Assembly: GCA_964658305.1 (NCBI GenBank)
Contig: OZ210885.1
Coordinates: forward strand, 15,376,001 to 15,440,000
Reading direction: 5' to 3'
Length of the DNA stretch: 64,000 nt
From: Leptogorgia sarmentosa
Lineage: Eukaryota
Part shown: positions 38,319-51,059 of the stretch, in pieces
Position numbering within the stretch: position 1 is the first letter of the stretch
How the letters are laid out: each line of letters starts with the position of its first letter
Translations under genes and position numbers: made by a program
Notes under the pieces: generated by a model
The model's database searches: none
What the model was told of the DNA's origin: nothing
What the model saw: the letters and a program-made list of their open reading frames with translations, nothing else

Positions 38319-39145
38319 TTCTTGTGTTCTTATTGGAGAAAACAGTTGTATCAAACTAGTGTTCAAAAATCAATGAAAAACCTGCAGAACAATACAATCC
38401 ACGTGCTTCCCAAATTGTCCGCCATCTTGGTTTGATATGGACCCCCGGGTTCTGAGTACCTTCTAGACTAGTTCCCAGACCTCTGCATAAAAAAGTCACC
38501 ATTTTAAAAAAATGAAATGCTTCATTTTCAAACCTGATAAAATGGTGCATTTTCAACAGTTAAGTGATGCATTTAAAAAAAATTAGGTGTTGCATTTTTA
38601 ACAAATTTGTCCCACCATTTTCAAATTTCTTCTCTCCATTTTCAAAAGCATAGGTATCATTTTTTACACGAAGATTACAATTTTAGAGAATGAAATGCAT
38701 AATTTCAAAAATCTTTTCGCCATTTTGAACCATAAAGCCACCATTTTAAAAAAAGAGTTCAGAATTTTAATAAAATGAAACATCGTTTTATGAATCTAAA
38801 CCACCATATTCTAACTTTACCTCACCATTTCCTAAATTAATTGGCCTGAATTTTGGCGGTGATGGCACCTCATACTCTAAGGGCCTGTTTATATGAGAGA
38901 CGGGACGGGCGATGCATGGGATCCTGGCACGTATATGTTTCTGTAGTTTTCATCGCATACTGTTTATATGGAGGCAGGACGTTTATTGTCCCGTCTCGCC
39001 TAGCTGGGATCCCGGTTTCAGCAACCTGGATCCTGGCTTGAGCGGGACAAATTTTTGCCATGTAAACGCTTCATCCTACCCTGCCCGGGACAATATTGTG
39101 CTGACACTGTGCTTTTACAACAAGTCACATGTAAGCAAGTTCAAG

Positions 39146-40249
39146 ATGTCCAACAACAAAAGACCAGCATCTAATGTGGCAAGTATAAACGAGGATTTAA
39201 ACACAACATCGGCCAACAAAAAGCAAAAGAAGTACTTTAGATATTCTGATCAAATGATCAATAGTCTTATTATATGTTTATTGGAATATAAAGTCGCATG
39301 TGAATACAAAAATATCGATTTTGACGCAGACAAACCATGTCAGTACAACAAGATGAGGGAAGAAATGGCGAAAATTTATCAAGATGATGAAGAGTTATTT
39401 GGGCCTTATCCGCTGATTGTGATTCCCGAAAATTCAAGTAAGGTAGAAAAGGTGTATAACGACAAAAAGAAGTTGGTTACCTGTGGGTATCAGCGAGTAC
39501 ATGAAAAATTAAAGATCTTCAACAGGGTTTTTCCAAAGCATTTTTGAACGGCACTCGTAGCAGCAGTGGTAAACTCGTTTAGGAAAATTACGATAGACTA
39601 AAACAACTTTGGGGTGGCTGTCCAAACACACAGCCACTTCCAAGCGGAATTGATTTGAGCAATATTAACACTGTGGGTCAGGATGCTGCTGTGTTGTGTT
39701 TAGACAGTGACCAACAATATAATGCCTCAATAGAAGAACAGGGTGATGAACCAGGCGAGGAACCAGATGACATATTTGGCAATGAAGATGAATCTTGAGT
39801 TGAATCTATTGTTTCCCAAACTAGTAGTAGCAAGACACCTGAAAATCAGCAACAGGCAACAAAACCTAAAGATCATGTTGCAGTTCTTGTTGATGACAAG
39901 AGAAAGCATCTTGAGCGTCGCCTATCAGCATCACAGAGATGCTCTTCTTTTAAAAGAAGCTAAAGAAGACCGAGAAGAAAGGAAAGAGTTTCAAGACATG
40001 CTGAAAAATGCCAATGATTCATTTGTACATGCCCTAAACAACATGAGTCAGTCTATACTGTCCATCAGAATGCTATTGCTAGATCAATGGAAACATTTAG
40101 CAACTCAGTACCTCCACGACCTATGCCATTACCTTACTACGGGCTTGAACAGCAACCAGTTGAACAGCAACAGAATGGGTATATTCAGTTGCAGCCAGCC
40201 AGGTCATTGTTTTATGAAGGCAATCAATGGACAAGCATTGCTGAAATAA
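39146..40249 (+). pseudogene. Harbinger Myb/SANT-like DNA-binding protein, fragmented
   Basis: FRYSDQMINSLIICLLEYKVACEYKNIDFDADK..., then frameshifted acidic and coiled-coil segments (RDALLLKEAKED). Confidence 0.62.
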
Positions 40250-40734
40250 TGAAATTCATGTTTGTGTTTTGGGAAACGTTCATATTATATTATGTTCAAA
40301 CATTGTATATGAATCAATGTATATATTATGAGCATTGGTCGAGTTCGAATAGCTTTTACACTCTACTAAGACCCTGCTACTTTACCTTGCAAGGGATATT
40401 TTTCTTATGATAATTTTATATTGATAGTTAAAGTTCATTGTTTTTCATTATTACAAACATTGTTTATAAACTTTATTAACAGTAACAAATTATGCTCTTT
40501 ACTACTACTATTGGCTGTACATAAATTGGCATGAGTACCACATGTATATGCATTTTGCATCTAGTTATGAATCTAGTTAGTGATCTAGCTATCAATATAT
40601 AGTTAGTACTTACAGTATCATCAACCATTGTTGAAGTTCTTTTCGATGGATTTAACAACAGTTAATGTGCAAATTTATCATGAATATGCATATATCATGT
40701 GTACTCTGCCAGATTTTAAAGAAGACTTTTAGAC

Positions 40735-41137
40735 TTAGCATAAAGCATTCAAACAATTTTCTATGTGTTCACGTAGCATGTCTCTTACTACTTCACCTTC
40801 ACCTAAGTTTCCTGAAAGAACTGGGTGTGGATGAACATTTGCATCTCCATTTTCCTTTTTGTGCTGCTCCATATAGAATGTTACCATGTCTGGATCAACT
40901 GCACATTTGTTGAGCTCGCAATAGTTGTGGAGTACACAACATGCATAAATAACAGTGGGAACAAATTCCAAAGCTAATTCGATCTTCCTTGTCAGTACAC
41001 TCCATCGTGCCTTAAGCGGGCAAAGGCACACTCAATTCGAAATTGAATTGAAATTGAAAACAATGTGTGAATTGCTGGAGCACTTCTCGTATTCCTTCAT
41101 GCAGTAGGTGGTCAAAGGATAGGCTGGATCTCTGGAT
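40735..41137 (-). pseudogene. Harbinger (HARBI1-like) DDE nuclease, C-terminal fragment
   Basis: DPAYPLTTYCMKEY and LKARWSVL..VIYACCVLHNYCE. Confidence 0.78.
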
Positions 41138-41522
41138 ATAGTTGCATTAATTGGTTAGTAAGGCGATCGCGAGGGGTTGCTGCATATATGTATTTCTAGT
41201 AACGACCTTTGTTTAACCTTTTGTCGACGTGTCAATTAACAGTCAATTAGTTTAGCTGTTAAGTTTTCATTGCCTAAAATGTTTAAGAAAACTACATATC
41301 TAATTTATCTTTGCAGTGGATGAATGTTATAGTTTTGTGCGCTCAATTTATACTCACTCACAGGAACATTTGCAACGTTCGAGTGCGTAGCATTTACGTA
41401 AAATGTGTGGAAAAAGGAAGATATTTGGTTGCTCATTCATGCTGAAAGCAACTCCACCAAGGTGCAGAAAATTAACCACAAAAACAGGATTTGCGTCCCA
41501 TATAATATATATAAGTGGATTA

Positions 41523-41674
41523 AGCCCCCTTTACACAACCAAATTTTCTTTGCCGAATTTCATTTGCAAAAGGGGTTTTGACCATGTAAACGAGGTCGTT
41601 TTGACAAATTTACATTCAAAATACATTTGACACATGAAATTTGTCAAAGAACATTTGGTCGTGTGAAACGGGCT
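41523..41674. mobile_element. Tourist/Harbinger-type MITE (152 bp)
   Basis: Imperfect TIR AGCCCCCTTTACACAACCAAAT / ATTTGGTCGTGTGAAACGGGCT. TTA TSD at 41520-41522 and 41675-41677. Confidence 0.75.
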
Positions 41675-42374
41675 TTATATAACGTCCATAACACCAATAA
41701 CATCTATACATTAGAAGAAGCATAAAATTCTGCTGTTTTAATTTCCCCTGGCTATAAGTGGATTAGCTATATATAAGCTATAACGTCCATAACACCAATA
41801 ACATCTATATTAGAAGCATGATTCTGCTGTTTTAATTTCCCCTAGCTATAACTAGGACCTTGTGCTTTTGTAGACCCAACTAGAATTTTATCCCCCCCCC
41901 CCCCCCCCCCCGGGTTTTAACGGATTTTCTTCATACTTGGTACACATGTACATTACACCATGGGCAGTAATTCCTTACAAAAAATTTTCAAAAATATTAA
42001 AAAGCGCGCCGTCAGGGGGGTTGGGAAAAAAAATCCACAAAAGCACAAGTTCTGTATCTCAGCCCCCTGAAGGGGGTTTGGGCTCAAACCTAGACGGTTC
42101 GTCATTATTTTCATCGTGTAGAGCGTGTGCGAAAACCCTAAGTGATGTCCAAAACGGAAAACCCAGGGTGAGCCAAAAAGTCAAGTAAAGTTACTACAGC
42201 ACTCTATTAAAACACCTATATGAAATCCCATGCACACAAAAATTTTTTTTAGAAGGAGGCACCTAGGAACTTCAAACTGCATCGTTTTGTGGGTAATGAA
42301 GGCCGCTGAACACGAATCCTACGGTGGCCGATAAGGGCAACACAAATATTTAGATGAAACACAAAAATATAAAT

Positions 42375-42725
42375 GGAACACATTTATTAAGCCGACAATT
42401 AAGCGAACACGTTTATTAAACGAACACATTTATTAAACGAACACGTTTATTAAACGAACACGTTTATTAAGCGAACACGTTTACTAAAAGAACACGTTTA
42501 TTAAACGAACACGTTTATTAAACGAACACGTTCATTAAACGAACACGTTTATTAAACGAACACGTTTATTAAGCGAACACGTTTACTAAACGAACACGTT
42601 TATTAAACGAACACGTTTACTAAAAGAACACGTTTACTAAAAGAACACGTTTATTAAACGAACACGTTTTTTATTAAGCGAACACATTTATTAAGCGAAC
42701 ACATTTATTAAAAAGCGAACACAAA
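42375..42725 (+). repeat. 17-bp tandem array (AACGAACACGTTTATTA, about 20 units) in the left TIR of C; about 14 inverted units at 47990-48235
   Basis: GAACACG recurs at a 17-bp period (for example 42490, 42507, 42524). Confidence 0.93.
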
Positions 42726-42812
42726 TATTATTCCACAACCCGACTACCGGAAATGTTTACCGGTTATACGGGTTTTCTACCATGCCGTGTTGCCGTCTTG
42801 CATGGTCGAGCC

Positions 42813-45804
42813 ATGGATGGCAAAAGTTCATGGTCGAGTAAATTTTGTCATTGTTGTGGAAATGCCCTTGAAAAAGGCTTCAACTACTGTCCAAAATGCG
42901 GGCGAGAGGTGATAAAAGACCCGTGGCACAAGGCTCTCATTTAAACGGCAATCGGACAGTTGAAAATCAAGTAGGTATGGCGACCGCACCGATTACTACA
43001 CGTGTTCATGCACCTAGAAATAAAGAATTGGCCAAACCGTCTCCAACACTGGAATGTTTTAGTGCGTTCAAAAAATCCAAAGAAAAGGAAAGAAGCTCTT
43101 TTTTCGTACGAAAGAAAGGGGGTAAACGAGCAAAGTCAACCATGGAAGTTAAAATTACAGTTGCAGTAATGGAAGATAATAAAGTTAAACGAGGGAACTC
43201 ACTACCGTTGAAAGTTCCTGCCGCTAGCACTGCAGATGAGATCCTAAATGCTGCATTACAGAAGCATACAGCCTTTAATAAGCATTTCAACTCAAGGCAT
43301 GAATACCTACTTGTTTTTAAGGATGGTACTGAGGTTAAAACCATACCAGGAACTACTCCAGCTGAAGAATTTACCCTGAGTAGGTACAAAGAGGTTTCTG
43401 GTTTCGGTTATTCACAAATTAGGCTGTACCTTGTTCCTTTGTTTAACAAAAGGTTGAATGACTTACAGTTGGTTATTGAAGAATCAGATGCAGAAAGCTT
43501 CTCCAGTGATGAAAGCTTGCCACCAGGAATAATTAGCCAACTTGTTAAATATGACCAACCCCAAGCATCAGCTCCACTCACATCTTCTGTTCCCTTTACT
43601 TCACAACCCGTGTCATTTCCAGACCCATCAATCCCCTCAACTTCGTCAAGCTATTGTGATGTGCAGACCACCACCTCTTCGTCAATAATGAAAGTTGAGT
43701 GCCCTTTGTGTTTTCAAAGTTTTCCCATCAACAAAGTTGAAGCACATGCAGGTGAATGTGTGGGTTCATTTGGTCTTGTTGTCGTTGAGGACAATGGCGT
43801 GGAAGTTTGTCCTGTTGATAATATTTCTGACACCGAACTCTCAATAAACGGATCTGGATCAAATGATAGCACACTCTCAAAGTGTATCAGTGACCTAAAG
43901 GAAAATGGCATCAAATCGGAAATGGAGATGATCAGAGTAACTGTTAGAAGAAAGATGGTGTGGGAAGATTTCAAGCGAGCAAGATACTGATACTATCATC
44001 CAGATAGAATGTTAAAGGTAACATTTGCTGGAGAGCCAGCAGTCGATGATGGTGGACCGAGGAGAGAATTCTTTGCAGGTATAGTGGATGTAGTTATTGT
44101 ATAACTTTTTCTTTTTGACCACTTGCCCTCAGGGTCAGTTGAACAATAAGATTCACTTGCCATCACACAATGCCCACTGAAATATTGTACCTACTATAGG
44201 TAGAAGGGTACAAATAAAGGGGACCACATGTTGACTCATTCTCCAAGTGTTCTGTAGGGCAGCTATGTTGCATACCCTATCTATTCCAGGCTTTTTCTTG
44301 GACTTGTTTTTCCAACAGAAAGCCATTTTTGAAAGGATTGCTACAAATGCACAAAATTGACAAACAATGAAAAAATATTGAAATATTGAAAATTGATATG
44401 GACAAAATTTGCCAGACCATAAAACCAAATGTTTGTTTTCCTGACTTAACCTTTACTTTAATAGAGATGCTTGATTATATTGAAAGGCGAATTTTACCTA
44501 ATGGAGTACCAACTGAATCAACCATGTCACTGACAAGAAAGGACTACAAACTAGCAGGTGAAATAATGGCAATGTCAGTCATGCAAGGTGGCCAGGCACC
44601 TAATTTGATGGCTCACAAGATTTTTGATTACTTACATGGGAAGCTAGTAGTCAGCCAGATAGAATCTAGTACTACCAGAGAACTTTGTGAAAAGGTGAGT
44701 TCCAAATAGATAAGCTATGTAATTATCTATTGCAAATCAAATTTGCACTTATTAGGAATTTTTAATAGAGATCTATTTACACTAGATAAACAAATTAAAA
44801 ACAGGAGGTTCTTTATTCAAATTATAAGCTGATGAATGCTGCTGATAGTGAGATCCAAGATATTCTTCTCCAAGATGATGTCTACCCATTACTTGAAGAA
44901 GTTGGCTACCAGGGAGTGCCTGGACGCGAGACTAAGTCATCGATTAGAAACCCGATTGAGTAAGTATGGTTAACCTGATTGAGCTGTTAGAATTACAATC
45001 ACTCTACAATCACAGGTGAAGTTTATAGTATACTACTCTATTAGCTAAAATTTTATGATTTTATCTCCATGTAGCTCAATTTGCTTAAAGGAGCAAGTTG
45101 GCAAAATATTACCCCAATTGTTGCAACTTGAAGACGGCCTTCAGACATATGGGTTACTTGCATCAATCCGTGCAAATCCAAAAGTTTGGGAAACTGTTTT
45201 CGTTATTGGTAAAGGAAATCCGGTTACAGCCAGCTCCCTAATAGATTCGTTTGATGTCAAGCATAGTGAAAACCAGGTGAAACGAGAAAGTGAAGCGGAC
45301 ACATTCACATACTTCTGTGATTTCATACACAGGGTAGATATGCAAGGTAAATTGTGTCCACTATCAATGAAATAAGTCAATGAAATTTTCAATACCAGCT
45401 GGCACAGCCCCAGAAAAAGGATCACAAATATGCATGTGGAATTAAATTAGCCAAGGTGTGATATTGCTGTCAAATTTGCAAAAAACAAAGTTGTCACATA
45501 GGTCGGAAAGAGTTTCCATTAGTAACATTCTTTAATTTTCTTTATTGATATAGAAATTGAAAATATGAGTGTCGAACGCATATTGAAATGGTTAACAGGA
45601 GCAAAGAACATACCACCACTTGGTTTGCCAAAGAAAATCCAGTGTCAGTTTCTGCATGGCTGTCTGGCTGGTTGTAAGTGTAGACCTACCACATCCACCT
45701 GTGATCTTGTCATTACTTTGCCTGTTCATTTGAAAACAGAAGATGATATGAAAGAGATCATGTTTTCTGCCCTTATTGACTGCTTCGGTTTTGGATTGTT
45801 GTAG
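42813..45804 (+). pseudogene. Multi-exon HECT-type E3 ligase cargo of IS3EU-C (zinc ribbon, ubiquitin-like domain, UBZ4-like finger, HECT)
   Basis: CPLCFQSFPINKVEAHAGEC. After an in-frame TGA at 43988 the frame reads VTFAGEPAVDDGGPRREFF. Further exons at about 44465-44693, 44829-44959, 45075-45347 and 45554-45804. Ends LKWLTGAKNIPPLG..PTTSTCDLVITLPVH..FGLL*. Confidence 0.82.
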
Positions 45805-46442
45805 GTAGGATTTGTTACTGCACTCATAGAAGATGTGATTGGAGTCATCCAGTGGTCGAAATTTAAATTTTTTATACTATTCAGCTTGAATAGTGGATTT
45901 TGAGATTTACTATTCCGTCTGAAGATCCAATATTCCTTAGTTACATACGGCCACATTTCACAAAGTTTGAGTCGTTACATGCCAGTTTCATAGCAATGAT
46001 AGCGAATTCAAGTTTAAAGTTTTAACTCGGTGTTTTTAAGACCTTAAGTTTTGTTGGTTAAATAAGTCAGGTGACTTGGTGAATGAGGACTGTTAAAATA
46101 TATTATTTCCAACCTCATGATGTGGTTCCAAATTTTCTATATTTATGAATACATTTTAGTGCAGTTTCTTTGAAACGTTGCAGTTATTCATAGTGTAAAC
46201 GGCATTTCAAAAGGGCGTTTCAAATTCTCCTGATGTGTGAAACTCTTTAGTTGACTGATATCCTTGCAATGTTTGAACAAAAATGATTCGATTGCAGTGA
46301 TATATCATTGTTCATCATTGTAGTTGTTCTTGTGGGTACGAAAGTTAGTTAGATGAGAAATGTGATCAAGAAGCCCACAAATAGAGTACACAATGGTGGA
46401 AGACCCCTACGAAATTTCAGTTTTTGTGTTTGTCATAAATTT

Positions 46443-47714
46443 TTAATTGTTCTCTTCATATATGCGTAACAGTTCTCTATACAGATTAAGAGCATCAATC
46501 CAGTTGGCAGGCCTTTCTGAGTTGATGTTTTCAAGAATATACTCAAAGTATTCTTCATACAAATTTGTATCTTCTTCAAATTGTAACAAATTTTCAGCAA
46601 CAATTTCAATCTCTTGTACTGAGACTGGATGGAGCCTGTCTTCCCCACCTTTACTTTCAGGAAGCAAGTACAGTCCATCAGGTCTTCCAGCAATAGTGTC
46701 ATGAGAAGAAGCCCAAATTGTGTGGGTATTCCAGTGATCCTTAACAAAATCTAAATCTTGTTGGATTATGCCTGCGAAACAAAACCACAAAGCTTCCATT
46801 TGCACTTCATTACCAGGGGAAAATTCTTCAGTTTCTACAAGATCCTTGAAGAAATTTATCCACCAAGTGGACCGATTCCGGCGAAAGTGAGACCACCAGC
46901 CCTCGATTCGCTGATTGGCTGTAGATTTACCATATACATGTGCCTTCACATCATTCCTAAAGTAGCACTGCATTACTGCAATGGTGCCATTCTCTGTACC
47001 ATTATCAGTCCTCATTTTTTCTGGACAACCATCGTGCTTCTTGACACAGTCGAGATAAAACGATGCAGGGATTTCTGGAAAATTGTTTGACCTACAAACC
47101 TTCAACCACATGATCTTTCTACTCCAGCCATCGATTGCCCCGTGGATTGGGAAGTCGTAGGGTTTCAATTTGTCGTAGCCATCAGCATGCCACGAATAGT
47201 TAGGTCCAGGGGATACAAATCTCCTTCTTTTTAATCGTTTGGCTTTTCGCTCCTCACAACCTTCAGGGTCAAGTTCCCTTACAATTCCTTCAATGACATT
47301 CCTTGGAACATGTATCCCTTCTAGTTGAAGTGTGTGCCAAATAGAACAATAGCCACCCATACAACCAGGGCCATTAAGTAGTTCATCTATGCGTTGTCTA
47401 ACTACGTCTTCGTCATAAACAACATTCCGGCACTTGAGACCATACCCGTTTAGACGACTTTTTAGGGTACGAATTGACATGGTGACACCATGTTCTTTTT
47501 CTAGCATCTCGACTATCGCTGAATATTCAAAGCCCTTTTTGAAATACTTAGTTATAACAACCCTTTCATCATAGTCTTGGTGTTCATTATTTTCTCCTGC
47601 CTCAGTTCCACATTCCGGACAGTACTGATAGCTCAACTTCAACAAAAACCCACAATTATAACATTCGCTGCTGAATCTCGGCAAACCAACTTCAACCATA
47701 TTGTTTGTTTTCAC
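46443..47714 (-). CDS. Intact IS3EU DDE transposase of element C with N-terminal zinc ribbon and Clr5-like helix-turn-helix
   Basis: 423-aa ORF with CYNCG..YCPECG, MSIRTLKSRL, WHADGYDKL, RTDNGTEN and NQRIEGWW. Confidence 0.9.
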   Translation of the reverse strand: MKTNNMVEVGLPRFSSECYNCGFLLKLSYQYCPECGTEAGENNEHQDYDERVVITKYFKKGFEYSAIVEMLEKEHGVTMSIRTLKSRLNGYGLKCRNVVYDEDVVRQRIDELLNGPGCMGGYCSIWHTLQLEGIHVPRNVIEGIVRELDPEGCEERKAKRLKRRRFVSPGPNYSWHADGYDKLKPYDFPIHGAIDGWSRKIMWLKVCRSNNFPEIPASFYLDCVKKHDGCPEKMRTDNGTENGTIAVMQCYFRNDVKAHVYGKSTANQRIEGWWSHFRRNRSTWWINFFKDLVETEEFSPGNEVQMEALWFCFAGIIQQDLDFVKDHWNTHTIWASSHDTIAGRPDGLYLLPESKGGEDRLHPVSVQEIEIVAENLLQFEEDTNLYEEYFEYILENINSERPANWIDALNLYRELLRIYEENN

Positions 47715-50700
47715 ATGTTTAATGCGTTTCAGGACCGGGGGATTGGGTACCAGAATAATTCGTTAATTACATAGCCAATAACCTCTCGTTAAAACCTAAA
47801 ACCTCTCGCCCGCATTTTGGACAGTAGTTGAAGCCTTTTTCAAGGGCATTTCCACAACAATGACAAAATTTACTCGACCATGAACTTTTGCCATCCATGG
47901 CTTGACCATACAAGACGGCAACATGGCATGGTAGAAAACCTGTATAACTGGTAAACATCTCCGGTAGTCGGGTTGTGGAATAATATTTGTGTTCGCTTTT
48001 TAATAAATGTGTTCGCTTAATAAATGTGTTCGCTTAATAAACGTGTTCGTTTAATAAACGTGTTCGTTTAATAAACGTGTTCTTTTAGTAAACGTGTTCG
48101 CTTAATAAACGTGTTCTTTTAGTAAACGTGTTCGCTTAATAAACGTGTTCGTTTAAAAAACGTGTTCGTTTAATAAATGTGTTCGTTTAATAAACGTGTT
48201 CGCTTAATTGTCGGCTTAATAAATGTGTTCCATTTATATTTTTGTGTTTCATCTAAATATTTGTGTTGCCCTTATCGGCCACCGTAGAATCCGGCGTCAA
48301 AATTCCGAAAAAAAAAAGATCTTTACCGACTTTTCGGGGGGGGGGGGGAGTGCTTTGGACCAATTTTGACGATCCCCCCCCCCCCGATTTTTCCAACTTC
48401 CCCCTGGTCAAATTGTTTCAAACTTGCACAGTTTGTAGATATCTATGCAGTCTACCCGATAGTCATTACAGTTTTTAAATATCTTTAAATGCTATGAAGA
48501 TATACTACTTTTTCCAAAAATCAATTTTCTCAATCAGGAGGCCTGGGAATGAGTCAAATTTTTTCTCTCTTTTTTTTATCTTGTAGCACGTCTCGCGTTC
48601 TACCAGACAGTGGTTTTTCGACTTTTTGGAAAAGCTACGCTAGCTTTTTATATCGACTTTTGTGCTTAATTTATGTCGATTTTTGGCCATTTTTCCGAAC
48701 GACATAACTTTTTCTCCTTAAAGTGGAAGCACACCAAACTTGGTGGAGACGTAGCACGTTTTGATCGTGACAAAATCTGGAGATGAATTTTTTTTTTTGT
48801 TTGAGGTCTTGGTTCATGAGATATCGCCAATTTTGTGTTTTTCTAAAATGGCCGCTGGCGGACTAAGGATAGGTTATTTTTAAAATTGTTTTGGTCAGCC
48901 GATACAGGCAATTATATGCTATAACACGTGTCAAAATTATGGAATATTATTAAAACGTGACGGATTTATAGTCGATTAAATACATTTATTTTTGTCTTTG
49001 TATATCTTTGCCGGATTAACATGAAAGGAAATTTCTCCACGACAGTCATGTAGCCTGCCGCGCAGGGATTGGGCACCAAAAATTTGGTGTCCAAATATTG
49101 AAAATTGATGACGTCATAGGTGTCACAATTTTTTACTATTTACAAATTTTATTGGAACCGACCTGTCAAGGTCAATTTTTTCGGAACAATTTTGATGAAC
49201 CAATTTGCAGTAAAACAAGGAATTATGGGTACCATTTAGAATTTCGAAAAATTGCCCAAAAGGGGGGAAATTTTTAGCAAAAACTAACCCTAGTTTAGTT
49301 AACTCGAGCTTTTTTCCTTTATGGTTTAGAGCCATCTTAACAATAATTCCAGATAGCATACGACCAGATAATTACAAGCCGTGAGATTTCAACTATTTTT
49401 TTACAAAAATGGGCGTGGTCACAGCATTAAAGCGTTATCATATGTTTCGCCAGCACGTTATAAGATACAGACAAAAGACTAACGTCATAGAGAACACCTA
49501 ACACCACACTAGTTCCCATAGCAACATGTAAACTTTTGGTTGCCATAGCAACAATATACATGAATGTAAATCCAATATGGCCGCCAACATTCTAGCACCG
49601 TTTCGTTGCAAAGTTATAAGCAAAATTGTGAGATAATTGTAGAAATTCATAAATCCAATATGGCCGCCAACATTTTTCATTAATTTGTTAATACCTCATG
49701 AATAGAACATGCTTATACAACGAACGATATATCAAATTAAAGCGCGTAAAACGACGATTGTAATGATATTTGAACCACTGTTTAGTAATGTTTCGTTGCA
49801 AAGTTATAAGCAAAATTGTAATATAATACATAAGACAAGAGCATTTATGGCGCATGCGCATTCATGGCCATGTTTGTCAAGACGTTTCACCATGATGCAC
49901 GCATTGTTTCTTGAGTATATATATTGTAAACCTACTCATCGTCATCATGTAAACATGGCCTACATGTTTGATGTCTCATATGATTGGGCGTGGTCGGGAT
50001 TCCATTAAACATTATGGTGTTTTGCCACGCTCCGTTTGAAGTAAAAATTTTTCCCCCCTCACATTCTGTTGTTCAGCATCTGGGCATCTATAAAATGTTC
50101 ACTACGTATCTGTAGCGTCCAAAACCACAGAGATATCGCATGGTAAAGTAGGTCAAATTACCATTTACGACCATGTTTAACGTTGCGTAGCCACCTTAAT
50201 ATAACTTTATAAGTTACAGCAACCACCAAGAATCCTTGCCTAATACATGTACTTTCACGTGGCAAAGCATGAAGTGTATTCACGTAAAGGTAAAAGAGAT
50301 ATTGCATGAACAGTTTTATAGAAATTCATATTAGATTTCAAAATCCAATATGGCCGCCAACATTTCCATTAATTTATTAATAACTTGTGAAAACAATGCT
50401 TTTATACAATGAACGATATATAAAACTGAAGCTCGTAATACGGGGCGTGTAATGATATTTGAACCACTGTCTAGCACTGTTTCGTTGCAAAGTTATAAGC
50501 AAAATTGTAAGATAGTTACAGAAATTCATAAATCCAATATGGCCGCCAACATTTTTCATTAATTTGTTAATAACTCATGAATGGAACATGGTTATACAAC
50601 GAACGATATATCAAATTAAAGCGCATAACACGACTATGGTGGCCCAGCGCTATCATCGAATTTTTCGGCAGTTTATATTATTTTACATTTCAATCTTATG

Positions 50701-51059
50701 TTTTAAATATCAATTTAATTTCAAACGCTTTTATATTTTGGTTTTAAAATGCTAATTTAGTTGTATTTCACCCTGTAGAATACATAAATATTGCATCCAT
50801 AATAAATAAATACGGTATAGTTCATTTGAATTGTCTCTATTAAGCGTTTTCTTTTTTTTTCTTTGACATGTGCGACAGACTTTTCAATTTATTTTCAATT
50901 TATAAATAAAATTTTTAAATGCATCTAAGTCCGTGGCCCAGCGCTATCACTATCATATGTATCCCATAATGCTACATGACACAATAATAATTGGCGGGAA
51001 ACCTCACCCATGTGCTGGTAAACAAAATACAGCGTACAGTGAACTGTCAGTCTGTCAGC

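Larger units (their letters stand above)
33872..38874. mobile_element. IS3EU-type DNA transposon B (transposase + HECT cargo), 5003 bp
   Basis: Ends TATGAGGTGCCATCACCGCC...GGCGGTGATGGCACCTCATA. TSD CTCTAA (33866-33871, 38875-38880). Near-identical TIRs at 33872-34320 and 38413-38874. Confidence 0.95.
38881..41137. mobile_element. Decayed PIF/Harbinger element (left end and parts of both genes)
   Basis: TAA followed by GGGCCTGTTTATATGAG terminus. Myb/SANT-like gene on + and convergent nuclease remnant on -. Right end not found. Confidence 0.7.
42320..48286. mobile_element. IS3EU-type DNA transposon C (HECT cargo + transposase), 5967 bp
   Basis: Ends TACGGTGGCCGATAAGGG...CCCTTATCGGCCACCGTA. 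TSD GAATCC (42314-42319, 48287-48292). TIRs at 42320-42910 and 47801-48286. Confidence 0.95.

Noticed and set aside
42375..42725. CRISPR-like array
   Set aside because: 17-bp tandem units without spacers, mirrored in the other TIR. No cas genes and a eukaryotic context.
49498..50755. Short ORFs repeated in this region (MKNVGGHIGF.., MAHAHSWPC..)
   Set aside because: By-products of duplicated non-coding repeat units; frames are not conserved and there are no protein motifs.
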